Virus record (IMG/VR): IMGVR_UViG_3300021963_000057 | Span: 40,627-104,626 of that record | Strand: one strand, 5' to 3' | DNA: 64,000 nucleotides | Origin: a virus | Shown here: piece by piece, positions 20,117 through 26,812 of the stretch | How the letters are laid out: every line of letters begins with the position of its first letter | Numbering within the stretch: position 1 is the first letter of the stretch | Notes under the pieces: model-generated | Databases searched by the model: none | Told to the model about the DNA's origin: nothing | Seen by the model: only the letters and a program-made list of their open reading frames with translations | Translations under genes and position numbers: made by a program

Positions 20117-20572
20117 ATGACAAATCTTATGAAAGATTTTTTCACGGCCGACAAAATGTTCAGCCAAATTCAACCATTCAGTGTAGGATTCAACGACACG
20201 TTGGAACTTATGCGTGAAGCAGCAGCGGCCGCTGCATCTAAAGCCGTAGCATATCCTCCATACAACATCAAACAGGTAAAAGAAAACAAGTACGTCATTG
20301 AAATGGCAGTTGCTGGTTTTGCTAAGTCCGATATTGAGATGACTTTGGAAGGAAATAAACTTGTAATTAAAGCTGCATCTAAAGAAGATGATTCTGAGGA
20401 ATATCTATACAAAGGTATTGCCAACCGTGCATTTGAACGCACCTTTACTCTCGCAGATAAAGTAGAAATCAAAGATGCAGAAATGATGAATGGCATGCTT
20501 AAAATTTGGTTAGAAAACATGGTCAAAGTTCAAGATGCCGTTAAGAAAATTACTATTAAGGACAGCGAATGA
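20117..20572 (+). CDS. Small heat shock protein Hsp20 (IbpA-like)
   Basis: YPPYNI, EMAVAGF, YKGIANRAFERTF, NGML. Confidence 0.95.
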   Translation: MTNLMKDFFTADKMFSQIQPFSVGFNDTLELMREAAAAAASKAVAYPPYNIKQVKENKYVIEMAVAGFAKSDIEMTLEGNKLVIKAASKEDDSEEYLYKGIANRAFERTFTLADKVEIKDAEMMNGMLKIWLENMVKVQDAVKKITIKDSE

Positions 20573-20634
20573 ATTGGTGGCCTGTCTCCGATGAGGAGTG
20601 GGAACAACTGAATTATCCAGAAAAGTTCCGGTAA
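20569..20634 (+). CDS. Possible 21 aa micropeptide MNWWPVSDEEWEQLNYPEKFR
   Basis: ATGA overlap with hsp20 stop, AAGGA upstream. Confidence 0.35.
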   Translation: MNWWPVSDEEWEQLNYPEKFR

Positions 20635-20684
20635 TAGTAAAGAGGTTGCTTGACAACCTCTTTTTTTACCTGTATAATATCACT

Positions 20685-20867
20685 ATGAAAACTGAAAAAC
20701 AATACATCAAAAAAGTTCGTGTTAAAACCACGTTGGAGAATTACTACGTGTGTTCACCAGAGACTAAAGAGATTGATGGTGTTCAATTCGTTTACGTAAT
20801 TAAGAACATTGGTATTAGGGAAACACCTAAACTAATGAGGAAAGAATCATTAGAATACGTCAAATAA
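20685..20867 (+). CDS. Hypothetical protein, probably leaderless
   Basis: TTGACA(20650)-N17-TATAAT(20673); ATG 6 nt after the -10 box. Confidence 0.65.
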   Translation: MKTEKQYIKKVRVKTTLENYYVCSPETKEIDGVQFVYVIKNIGIRETPKLMRKESLEYVK

Positions 20868-20942
20868 GGGCCTATAGCTTAATGGTAAAGCAGTGAACTC
20901 ATAATTCATTGAGTCTAGGTTCAATTCCTAGTGGGCCCACCA
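20868..20942 (+). tRNA. tRNA-Ile2/Met (CAT)
   Basis: Cloverleaf, loop CTCATAA, encoded CCA; GGGCCTA acceptor suggests Ile2. Confidence 0.9.
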
Positions 20943-20960
20943 TTTTTATTAAGGAGTATC

Positions 20961-21410
20961 ATGTCGATTACAATTAAAAATCTTGAGAGTGCATTGGCTG
21001 GAGAAAGTCAGGCACATATCAAATATCGTTACTTTGCTAAGATTGCTCGTGAAGAAGGTCACGAAGAAATTGCAAAACACTTTGAACACACAGCTGACCA
21101 AGAATTGCTTCATGCATGGGGTCATTTGGAGTTGTTGATTGGTAAACCATCAACCAAAGAATGTTTGGAGAAAGCAATTGAAGGTGAAACATATGAGTTC
21201 ACACAGATGTATCCAAATATGAAAGCAGAAGCAGAGTTAGAAGGAAATCAGGAAGCTGTTCGTGAAGCTGCACATCAAATTGCAGAATCACAAACTCACG
21301 CTGAAGAATTCCGTGCAGTACTTGCTAAGGCAGAAAAACGTTTCGCTGCTTTGACTAAGATTGAAAAACGCCATGCAGAAGCATATCAACAAAAATTGGG
21401 AGAACTATAA
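20961..21410 (+). CDS. Rubrerythrin (ferritin-like di-iron domain only)
   Basis: ALAGESQA..KY..FA..A..EG, ELLHA, GETYE..MYP, ESQTH. Confidence 0.92.
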   Translation: MSITIKNLESALAGESQAHIKYRYFAKIAREEGHEEIAKHFEHTADQELLHAWGHLELLIGKPSTKECLEKAIEGETYEFTQMYPNMKAEAELEGNQEAVREAAHQIAESQTHAEEFRAVLAKAEKRFAALTKIEKRHAEAYQQKLGEL

Positions 21411-21544
21411 TGAGTGAAATACATGTGTGCGTAGTTTGTGGACATGAACATGATGAAGCAACAGAAGGTGCATGGAACACATTGCCTGATGACTTTATTT
21501 GTCCTGAATGTGGATGTGGTAAAGAAGATTACGAGGTCCTGTGA
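21410..21544 (+). CDS. Rubredoxin, 44 aa (not in ORF track)
   Basis: MSEIHVCVVCGHEHDEATEGAWNTLPDDFICPECGCGKEDYEVL: CxxCG and CPxCG. Confidence 0.92.
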   Translation: MSEIHVCVVCGHEHDEATEGAWNTLPDDFICPECGCGKEDYEVL

Positions 21545-21969
21545 AACAAAAATTTCGTGATGCGTATATGAAAGTGGCTGAGACATTCGCAGAATTGTCC
21601 TCGGCTGTTAGACTTCATGTTGGTGCCATTGTAGTCAAAGATGACAGAATTATTTCAATTGGTTACAATGGTATGCCCTCAGGTTGGGATAACAACTGTG
21701 AGTATGAAGAAGGTGATGAGTTAGGTGGTTATTATTTAAAAACTAAACCTGAGGTGTTACATGCTGAAACAAATGCGATTGCCAAGTTGGCTAAATCTAA
21801 CGAATCTGGTATGGGTGCTACTATGTTTATTACCCATGCTCCATGTTTGGACTGTGCCAAACTTATCTACCAAAGTGGTATTAACCATGTTTTATACCGG
21901 AACTCTTATCGGAGTGATGATGGTATCAAGTTTTTGGAAAAAGCCTTAGTCACTGTGGAAAAAATCTAA
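21541..21969 (+). CDS. cd: dCMP deaminase
   Basis: IGYNG, HAETNA, PCLDC. Confidence 0.95.
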   Translation: MKQKFRDAYMKVAETFAELSSAVRLHVGAIVVKDDRIISIGYNGMPSGWDNNCEYEEGDELGGYYLKTKPEVLHAETNAIAKLAKSNESGMGATMFITHAPCLDCAKLIYQSGINHVLYRNSYRSDDGIKFLEKALVTVEKI

Positions 21970-22012
21970 TCATCTAAATAACTAAGGGTAATGTCGCCCT
22001 TAGGAGACCAGG

Positions 22013-22531
22013 ATGATTATTCGTGTGGTTAACTGTCCGGATAGAGACTTCAAACCCTTTATAGAAAGGGCAGCACAGTTTTACGCCAAGGAACTAATAC
22101 CCAATACACGCATAAGAAACAACTGTACAACAGAAATAAAGTTCTGTACAAAGATTAATGAATATGGTTTTGCAAGTATTGAAGATTACAATACCAGAAA
22201 ACAACCTCGAAAATTCTTAATAGAGATTCATCCCAACCTTGGTTCAAGAAGAATACTGGAAACACTGGCACATGAAATGGTTCATGTGAAACAATACATC
22301 GAAGGTGAAACCAATGATGAATTGACCAGATGGAGAGGTAAGAGAGTTGATCCAGACAAAATTGATTATTGGGTTCAGCCATGGGAGATAGATGCTTATG
22401 GTCGTGAACCAGGATTACTTACAAAGTTTGCAATATCGGAACATTTGTGGGAAGTATTTGATGATTTTGTTGATCCTTCCGGTCCAATAAATTGTTATCC
22501 TATTGCATGGAAATTAAAGAATGTCAGTTGA
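22013..22531 (+). CDS. HExxH zinc metallopeptidase-like protein
   Basis: TLAHEMVHVKQ and PWEIDA. Confidence 0.75.
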   Translation: MIIRVVNCPDRDFKPFIERAAQFYAKELIPNTRIRNNCTTEIKFCTKINEYGFASIEDYNTRKQPRKFLIEIHPNLGSRRILETLAHEMVHVKQYIEGETNDELTRWRGKRVDPDKIDYWVQPWEIDAYGREPGLLTKFAISEHLWEVFDDFVDPSGPINCYPIAWKLKNVS

Positions 22532-23060
22532 AGCGGATAGATTTACTTACGGCCAAGGTAACATAAAGATTGTTACAAATTTTCCAGGAAAAAAAGTCAA
22601 GTTAGGAAAATATTGTTCAGTTGCAGCAGATGTTCAAGCTTTTCTTGGTGGTAATCACAGAGTTGATTGGATAACAACGTTTCCTTTTGGTCACATAAGC
22701 ACAAGCGAAATCAATGTATCTAAAGTAGATGGACATCCAGGTACAAATGGTGATATCATTATTGGCAATGATGTTTGGTTAGGAACAGGATGTGTCTTAA
22801 TGTCTGGTATAACAATTGGTGATGGTGCTGTCGTTGCTGCACATTCTCATGTTGTTAAAGATGTTGCACCTTATACTCTTGTTGGTGGAAATCCAGCAAA
22901 GCCAATCAAACTTAGATTCGAACAACATATTGTTGATGCATTAATGGAATTAAAATGGTGGGATTTAGATGTTGATGTGGTAAAGTTAATCGTTCCGGTC
23001 TTGTGTGCTGAACCAAATTATGATACAATCCAAGACTTAATACAAAAATATAAAAAATAA
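22521..23060 (+). CDS. Hexapeptide-repeat O-acetyltransferase (CatB/Vat family)
   Basis: LGKYCSVA, GGNHRVDWITTFPF, IGNDVWLG, VGGNPAK, LKWWD. Confidence 0.9.
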   Translation: MSVEADRFTYGQGNIKIVTNFPGKKVKLGKYCSVAADVQAFLGGNHRVDWITTFPFGHISTSEINVSKVDGHPGTNGDIIIGNDVWLGTGCVLMSGITIGDGAVVAAHSHVVKDVAPYTLVGGNPAKPIKLRFEQHIVDALMELKWWDLDVDVVKLIVPVLCAEPNYDTIQDLIQKYKK

Positions 23061-23074
23061 TTTCAAAAAACCGC

Positions 23075-23103
23075 TTGCCGAGGCTTAAAAGTTCCTATAT
23101 AAT
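23075..23103 (+). promoter_or_regulatory. Sigma70 promoter for leader peptide / tRNA operon
   Basis: TTGCCG-N17-TATAAT, ATG 6 nt downstream. Confidence 0.7.
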
Positions 23104-23109
23104 AACACT

Positions 23110-23223
23110 ATGAAAAATATTAAACACATATCCTTATCGTTGCAGCCGGAGTATCGCACATTTAATTGCGCTGATAGCTCATGGGCGATTACGACCGGGT
23201 TTTGTGTAAAGATGGAGAACTAA
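23110..23223 (+). CDS. Putative attenuator leader peptide, 37 aa
   Basis: MKNIKHISLSLQPEYRTFNCADSSWAITTGFCVKMEN; its 3' codons pair with the terminator 5' arm. Confidence 0.65.
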   Translation: MKNIKHISLSLQPEYRTFNCADSSWAITTGFCVKMEN

Positions 23224-23253
23224 TACAGAAGTTCTAAAAAAGACTCCAAACAC

Positions 23254-23286
23254 AAAACCCTAGACCTAAAAAATCTAGGGTTTTTT
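23254..23286 (+). terminator. Intrinsic terminator (attenuator)
   Basis: AAAACCCTAGA/TCTAGGGTTTT plus U-run. Confidence 0.85.
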
Positions 23287-23290
23287 GTTT

Positions 23291-23341
23291 GTTGTTTCAA
23301 TACAACGTAGTGGTTGCCAGAATCTTTGGTTCTGTTACAAT
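23291..23341 (+). promoter_or_regulatory. Palindromic operator plus promoter (copy 1)
   Basis: GTTGTTTCAATACAAC, 7 nt, TTGCCA-N16-TACAAT with extended TG. Confidence 0.55.
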
Positions 23342-23347
23342 ACACAC

Positions 23348-23373
23348 TGTTCTTTAAAAATTTGTTGTAGTTT
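23348..23373 (+). promoter_or_regulatory. boxA-like antitermination element (copy 1)
   Basis: TGTTCTTTAAAAATTTGTTGTAGTTT, identical at 24231. Confidence 0.65.
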
Positions 23374-23377
23374 ATGT

Positions 23378-23453
23378 TGGGGTTTCGCCTAGTGGCCTAA
23401 GGCAACGGTCTTTGAAATCGTCATCATCAGTTCGAATCTGATAACCCCTGCCA
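23378..23453 (+). tRNA. tRNA-Gln (TTG)
   Basis: Cloverleaf, loop CTTTGAA, CCA. Confidence 0.92.
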
Positions 23454-23530
23454 TATAAAAACACACTGCTACAATAGCAGGCGAAAGTCCTACGCTAGAA
23501 GTTAAAACTAGGTAGTGTGTTTCTATATGG
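23451..23530 (+). ncRNA. Structured RNA closed by AAAACACACT/AGTGTGTTT stem (copy 1)
   Basis: 17-bp closing stem with one mismatch and small internal hairpins; related element at 29916. Confidence 0.45.
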
Positions 23531-23535
23531 TTAAT

Positions 23536-23627
23536 GGAAGATGATGCAGCGGGGATGGTCCTGCGACTGGCCTTGAAAACCAGGTTCTCAGAAATGGGAT
23601 GGGGTTCGACTCCTCCGTCTTCCGCCA
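23536..23627 (+). tRNA. tRNA-Ser (TGA), 8/4 acceptor/T-stem configuration
   Basis: GGAAGATG/CGTCTTCC 8 bp, GGGG/CCTC 4 bp T stem, long variable arm, GCCA end. Confidence 0.85.
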
Positions 23628-23632
23628 AACAT

Positions 23633-23720
23633 AGAAGGTTGCCCGAGTGGTTAAGGGAGCAGTTTGCTAAACTGTCGTTGCGAAAGCGGCGCATCGGTTC
23701 GAATCCGATACCTTCTGCCA
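23633..23720 (+). tRNA. tRNA-Ser (GCT)
   Basis: Loop TTGCTAA, long variable arm, GCCA. Confidence 0.93.
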
Positions 23721-23726
23721 GTAAAT

Positions 23727-23818
23727 GCCAGCGAGACTGGGTAGTCAGAGAGGTCTTATACACCTTTTAGCGCCAGATTAGCGTTCTTGAGTGAGTTCGA
23801 GTCTCACCGCTGGTACCA
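23727..23818 (+). tRNA. Atypical tRNA, anticodon TAT (Ile?), short D arm and long variable arm
   Basis: GCCAGCG/CGCTGGT, loop CTTATAC, T arm GTGAG-TTCGAGT-CTCAC, ACCA. Confidence 0.7.
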
Positions 23819-23833
23819 AATGAAAGAGAAGTT

Positions 23834-24073
23834 ATGTGGAATATTAAAATTGAAAATGGAATGATATTAAATGCAAGTCCAACTTTGGACGATGCAATGA
23901 AGTTTGCAAAAGGTTACAACAAGTTTGTAACCATCACCGATGGCACTACAGAGATTGTAGGTAAGTTTGGTGTTGATGCAGTAGAAGAAAAAGTTTTACC
24001 AGATGGTGGAACATACGATTGGACTATGCGGCGTGATGAAACACACCGTAGTTCAAGGAAGAAATTAATGTAG
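23834..24073 (+). CDS. Hypothetical protein
   Basis: 79 aa ORF within tRNA array. Confidence 0.65.
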   Translation: MWNIKIENGMILNASPTLDDAMKFAKGYNKFVTITDGTTEIVGKFGVDAVEEKVLPDGGTYDWTMRRDETHRSSRKKLM

Positions 24074-24145
24074 GTGTGACCCGAAAGGCTAGGGAACGGA
24101 TTGCAACCCCGTTTTATGCAGGTTCGATTCCTGTCACCTACTCCA
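24070..24145 (+). tRNA. tRNA-Cys (GCA)
   Basis: Loop TTGCAAC, U73, CCA. Confidence 0.9.
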
Positions 24146-24150
24146 AACAC

Positions 24151-24202
24151 GTTGTAGAAATACAACACACTGGTTGACAATGATTCATGGTTGTGTTATA
24201 CT
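24151..24202 (+). promoter_or_regulatory. Palindromic operator plus promoter (copy 2)
   Basis: GTTGTAGAAATACAAC, 7 nt, TTGACA-N17-TATACT. Confidence 0.75.
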
Positions 24203-24230
24203 TCATCTATGAATTGAGAAATCAATCAAA

Positions 24231-24256
24231 TGTTCTTTAAAAATTTGTTGTAGTTT
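24231..24256 (+). promoter_or_regulatory. boxA-like antitermination element (copy 2)
   Basis: 26-nt exact repeat of 23348-23373. Confidence 0.65.
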
Positions 24257-24259
24257 TTT

Positions 24260-24334
24260 GCACCTATCGTCTATCGGTTAGGACGCTGCCCTTTCAAGGC
24301 GGAAAGAGGAGTTCGATTCTCCTTAGGTGTACCA
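24260..24334 (+). tRNA. tRNA-Glu (TTC)
   Basis: Loop CTTTCAA, CCA. Confidence 0.92.
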
Positions 24335-24459
24335 TTTGTTTTGCTGATGTAAGCCACAGCAGAAACGTTCAATGCTGAGTAACTATGTATATAAACGGTC
24401 AGTTCTAGCTAGCAATCCCGTTGAGCATAGCAAATAGTGCGTCAGCAAAACAAATGGTA
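24330..24459 (+). ncRNA. Candidate structured RNA with ~20-bp closing stem
   Basis: TACCATTTGTTTTGCTGATG pairs with CGTCAGCAAAACAAATGGTA. Confidence 0.45.
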
Positions 24460-24465
24460 AGATAT

Positions 24466-24540
24466 GGGGGTATAACTTAACGGCTAAAGTATCTGGCTTT
24501 TAACCAGGAAATCAGAGTTCGATTCTCTGTGCCCCTACCA
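24466..24540 (+). tRNA. tRNA-Lys (TTT)
   Basis: Loop CTTTTAA, CCA. Confidence 0.92.
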
Positions 24541-24548
24541 AAAAATTT

Positions 24549-24634
24549 GGAGATGTAGGAAAATTGGTAACCCCAGTGGACTGTAAATCCGCCGCCCCTG
24601 TGCATTGTGTGTTCAAGTCACACCGTCTCCACCA
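24549..24634 (+). tRNA. tRNA-Tyr (GTA)
   Basis: Loop CTGTAAA, variable arm, CCA. Confidence 0.9.
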
Positions 24635-24639
24635 AATTT

Positions 24640-24714
24640 GGTCCTGTCATATAGTGGCTATTATACCGGCCTGTCTAGTCGGATATCGGGGTTCGATTCC
24701 CCGCAGGATCGCCA
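24640..24714 (+). tRNA. tRNA-Asp (GTC)
   Basis: Loop CTGTCTA (U37), GCCA. Confidence 0.9.
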
Positions 24715-24787
24715 GAGCAAATGGCTAGGTACCTAGTCCAACGGTTGTAAGTGACGATGGGTGATATCGGAACTTTCAAGATTTTAT

Positions 24788-24862
24788 TCCACAGTAGCAC
24801 AGCGGTAGTGCAGTTGACTGTTAATCAATTGGTCGTAGGTTCGATCCCTGCCTGTGGAGCCA
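24788..24862 (+). tRNA. tRNA-Asn (GTT)
   Basis: Loop CTGTTAA, GCCA. Confidence 0.94.
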
Positions 24863-24867
24863 TTTTT

Positions 24868-24929
24868 AGGATCGGTTCAGCAATAAACAAGCTAACTTTG
24901 GATGTCTAGCGACAAAAACGATCCTGTTG
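24868..24929 (+). ncRNA. Scaffold RNA copy 1 (Pro-like anticodon hairpin)
   Basis: AGGATCG-N3-CAGCA ... CGATCCTGTTG; inner hairpin loop TTTGGAT. Confidence 0.65.
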
Positions 24930-24935
24930 TATTTT

Positions 24936-25009
24936 CTCGGTGTAGTGAAATGGTATCACCCGTGCTTTGGGAGCATGTAGCGCAAGTTCGATTCTTGCCA
25001 CCGAGACCA
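24936..25009 (+). tRNA. tRNA-Pro (TGG)
   Basis: Loop TTTGGGA, CCA. Confidence 0.92.
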
Positions 25010-25017
25010 GTATTTTT

Positions 25018-25092
25018 GGGCTGATGGTATAATTGGGAACACAGTGGCCTTGCAAGTCACAGTTGGGGGTTCGATTCCCCCTCGGTCCACCA
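25018..25092 (+). tRNA. tRNA-Ala (TGC)
   Basis: G3:U70, loop CTTGCAA, CCA. Confidence 0.9.
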
Positions 25093-25097
25093 AATTT

Positions 25098-25172
25098 GGT
25101 TCAGTAGCATAGTGGCAGTGCAGCATCTTCATACGGTGCCTTGTGTGAGTTCGATTCTCACCTGAACCACCA
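25098..25172 (+). tRNA. tRNA-Met (CAT), elongator-like
   Basis: Loop TTCATAC, CCA. Confidence 0.88.
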
Positions 25173-25178
25173 GATTAT

Positions 25179-25254
25179 GGGTCTTTAGCTCAGTGAACAG
25201 AGCTCTTGGCTACGAACCAAGAGGTCGGGGGTTTGAATCCCTCAAGACCCTCCA
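25179..25254 (+). tRNA. tRNA-Arg (ACG)
   Basis: Loop CTACGAA, CCA. Confidence 0.9.
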
Positions 25255-25260
25255 TGATTT

Positions 25261-25334
25261 TCCCGGATAGTTAAATGGCATAACAATCGGCTGATAACCG
25301 GTCATCGCAAGTTCGATTCTTGCTCTGGGAACCA
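25261..25334 (+). tRNA. tRNA-Ile (GAT)
   Basis: Loop CTGATAA, CCA. Confidence 0.9.
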
Positions 25335-25339
25335 TTTTT

Positions 25340-25403
25340 AGGATAGTAACAGCAACTAAAATACTTCAAACTTGTAACTTGAAAAGTAAAATCTATCCTG
25401 TTG
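25340..25403 (+). ncRNA. Scaffold RNA copy 2 (Thr TGT anticodon hairpin)
   Basis: AGGATAG-N3-CAGCA ... CTATCCTGTTG; inner loop CTTGTAA. Confidence 0.68.
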
Positions 25404-25409
25404 TATTAT

Positions 25410-25483
25410 ATCTCGATAGTGTAATGGCAGCATACCAGTCTCCAAAACTGTTGGTCGGGGTTCGAGTCCCTGTCGGGATGCCA
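25410..25483 (+). tRNA. tRNA-Trp (CCA)
   Basis: Loop CTCCAAA, GCCA. Confidence 0.92.
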
Positions 25484-25512
25484 GTGTTAGTAAAAAAAGA
25501 AAGGTGATTGAT

Positions 25513-26001
25513 ATGAAAAAGTTCGACATACAAGAAGTTAAGCAATTCCTTGCAAGTCAAGGACCAGATACGAAAGTATATTTGGGTGCTGACTCAGAAC
25601 GTATCCGTGTAAACGGTGTATGGTATGCAGACTATGCTTTGGCTGTCGTAGTTCATATTGATGGCCGCCATGGTTGTAAGATTTTTGGTTTCGTTCAACG
25701 TGAGTTGGACTATGACCACAAGAAAAGTAAACCTGCAATGCGGTTAATGACCGAAGTGTATAAGGTTTCAGAATTGTTCCAAGACTTGGCTGATGTATTA
25801 GAAGATTTCCATGTTGAAGTTCATTTGGACTTAAACAAAGATGACTTGTACGGAAGTTCATGTGTTGTACAACAAGCGATTGGTTATATCAAGGGTACAT
25901 GTAACATGACACCTATGGTTAAACCAGACGCACCAGCTGCAAGTTTCTGTGCTGACAGATTGAAAAGAATCTTGGCAGAACAAGAAGCTTTGCAGGTCTA
26001 A
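25513..26001 (+). CDS. RNase H-like YkuK (DUF458) family protein
   Basis: VYLGADS, RLMTEV..., EVHLDL, KPDAPAASFCADR. Confidence 0.8.
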   Translation: MKKFDIQEVKQFLASQGPDTKVYLGADSERIRVNGVWYADYALAVVVHIDGRHGCKIFGFVQRELDYDHKKSKPAMRLMTEVYKVSELFQDLADVLEDFHVEVHLDLNKDDLYGSSCVVQQAIGYIKGTCNMTPMVKPDAPAASFCADRLKRILAEQEALQV

Positions 26002-26049
26002 CAGACCCCCGTGAATAAACACGGTTAAAAATTCCAAAGTTTACTTTGG

Positions 26050-26124
26050 GGAGATATTAGTTTAGTGGCAAAACCACGGGTTGTGATTCCGTTATCATGA
26101 GTTCGATTCTCATATATCTCCCCA
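26050..26124 (+). tRNA. tRNA-His (GTG)
   Basis: G-1:C73, loop TTGTGAT, CCA; flanked by TTTACTTTGGG/CCCAAAGTAAA. Confidence 0.92.
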
Positions 26125-26137
26125 AAGTAAATTTTAT

Positions 26138-26212
26138 GCCTCGTTAACTCAGCGGTAGAGTAACTCTTTTACACGGAGAAGGTCGGCAGTTCAATCCTGT
26201 CACGAGGTACCA
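26138..26212 (+). tRNA. tRNA-Val (TAC)
   Basis: Loop TTTACAC, CCA. Confidence 0.9.
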
Positions 26213-26215
26213 AGT

Positions 26216-26382
26216 TTTGTAAGTGTAGATGTTGAGAAAGTTTTTGTAGGCATACAAGAATGAGGATAGTGCTTTGCCGATGCCAAGTATCAACTATTAC
26301 TACGTACCTCTATACAGTCGGCCGCTTCAAAGAAAATACTGTTAAAATGGTGAGAAATAAGCGAGGTCTCATTACTTACAAA
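26216..26382 (+). ncRNA. Candidate ~165-nt ncRNA between tRNA-Val and tRNA-Phe
   Basis: Ends pair (TTTGTAAGT/ACTTACAAA, TGAGA/TCTCA); no ORF in the track. Confidence 0.35.
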
Positions 26383-26390
26383 TTCATTAT

Positions 26391-26466
26391 GCTGCTTTAG
26401 CTGATGTGGTCATAGCAGGGGTCTGAAGAACCTCGGAAAGTAGTTCGATTCTACTAGGCAGCACCA
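26391..26466 (+). tRNA. tRNA-Phe (GAA)
   Basis: Loop CTGAAGA (G37), CCA. Confidence 0.9.
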
Positions 26467-26472
26467 AGTTTT

Positions 26473-26573
26473 AGGATAGGTTCAGCAAAAAATTCACATG
26501 CGAATGGTTCGCAATTTGCCTTTTAAGCAAACCTTGTGGGTTCAATTCCCACTGTAAAAAAACTATCCTGTTG
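26473..26573 (+). ncRNA. Scaffold RNA copy 3 (tRNA-Lys TTT mimic without full acceptor stem)
   Basis: AGGATAG-N3-CAGCA ... CTATCCTGTTG enclosing D-like hairpin, TTTGC-CTTTTAA-GCAAA, GTGGG-TTCAATT-CCCAC. Confidence 0.75.
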
Positions 26574-26578
26574 TATAT

Positions 26579-26655
26579 ACCCAAGTGACGGAATTGGTAT
26601 ACGTACTTGTCTCAAACACAAGGTTATGTGGGCTCGAATCCCACCTTGGGTACCA
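26579..26655 (+). tRNA. tRNA-Leu (CAA), short variable loop
   Basis: Leu-type D loop GGAATTGGTATAC, loop CTCAAAC, ACCA. Confidence 0.85.
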
Positions 26656-26658
26656 TAT

Positions 26659-26733
26659 GGGTTGTAAGCTTAAGTGATGAAGCAACCGGCTCTTAACCGG
26701 AAGAACAGAGTTTGATTCTCTGACGACCCACCA
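26659..26733 (+). tRNA. tRNA-Lys (CTT)
   Basis: Loop CTCTTAA, CCA; non-standard D/T loops. Confidence 0.82.
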
Positions 26734-26738
26734 ATCAT

Positions 26739-26812
26739 GCTCTTATAGGTAAATGGCATACCACATCCATGGTAAGGATGTATTCTAAGTTCGATTCTTA
26801 GTAGGAGCACCA
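26739..26812 (+). tRNA. tRNA-Thr (GGT)
   Basis: Loop ATGGTAA, CCA. Confidence 0.88.

Noticed and set aside
23536-23627. Selenocysteine tRNA
   Set aside because: Anticodon is TGA (Ser), not TCA, and no selA/selB in the window
23389-24180. Track ORFs 23389-23763(-), 23534-23770(+), 23914-24180(-)
   Set aside because: They overlap clear tRNA genes; shadow ORFs
24715-24787. Spacer with palindrome CTAGGTACCTAG as an RNA gene
   Set aside because: Single short palindrome, no cloverleaf or second copy
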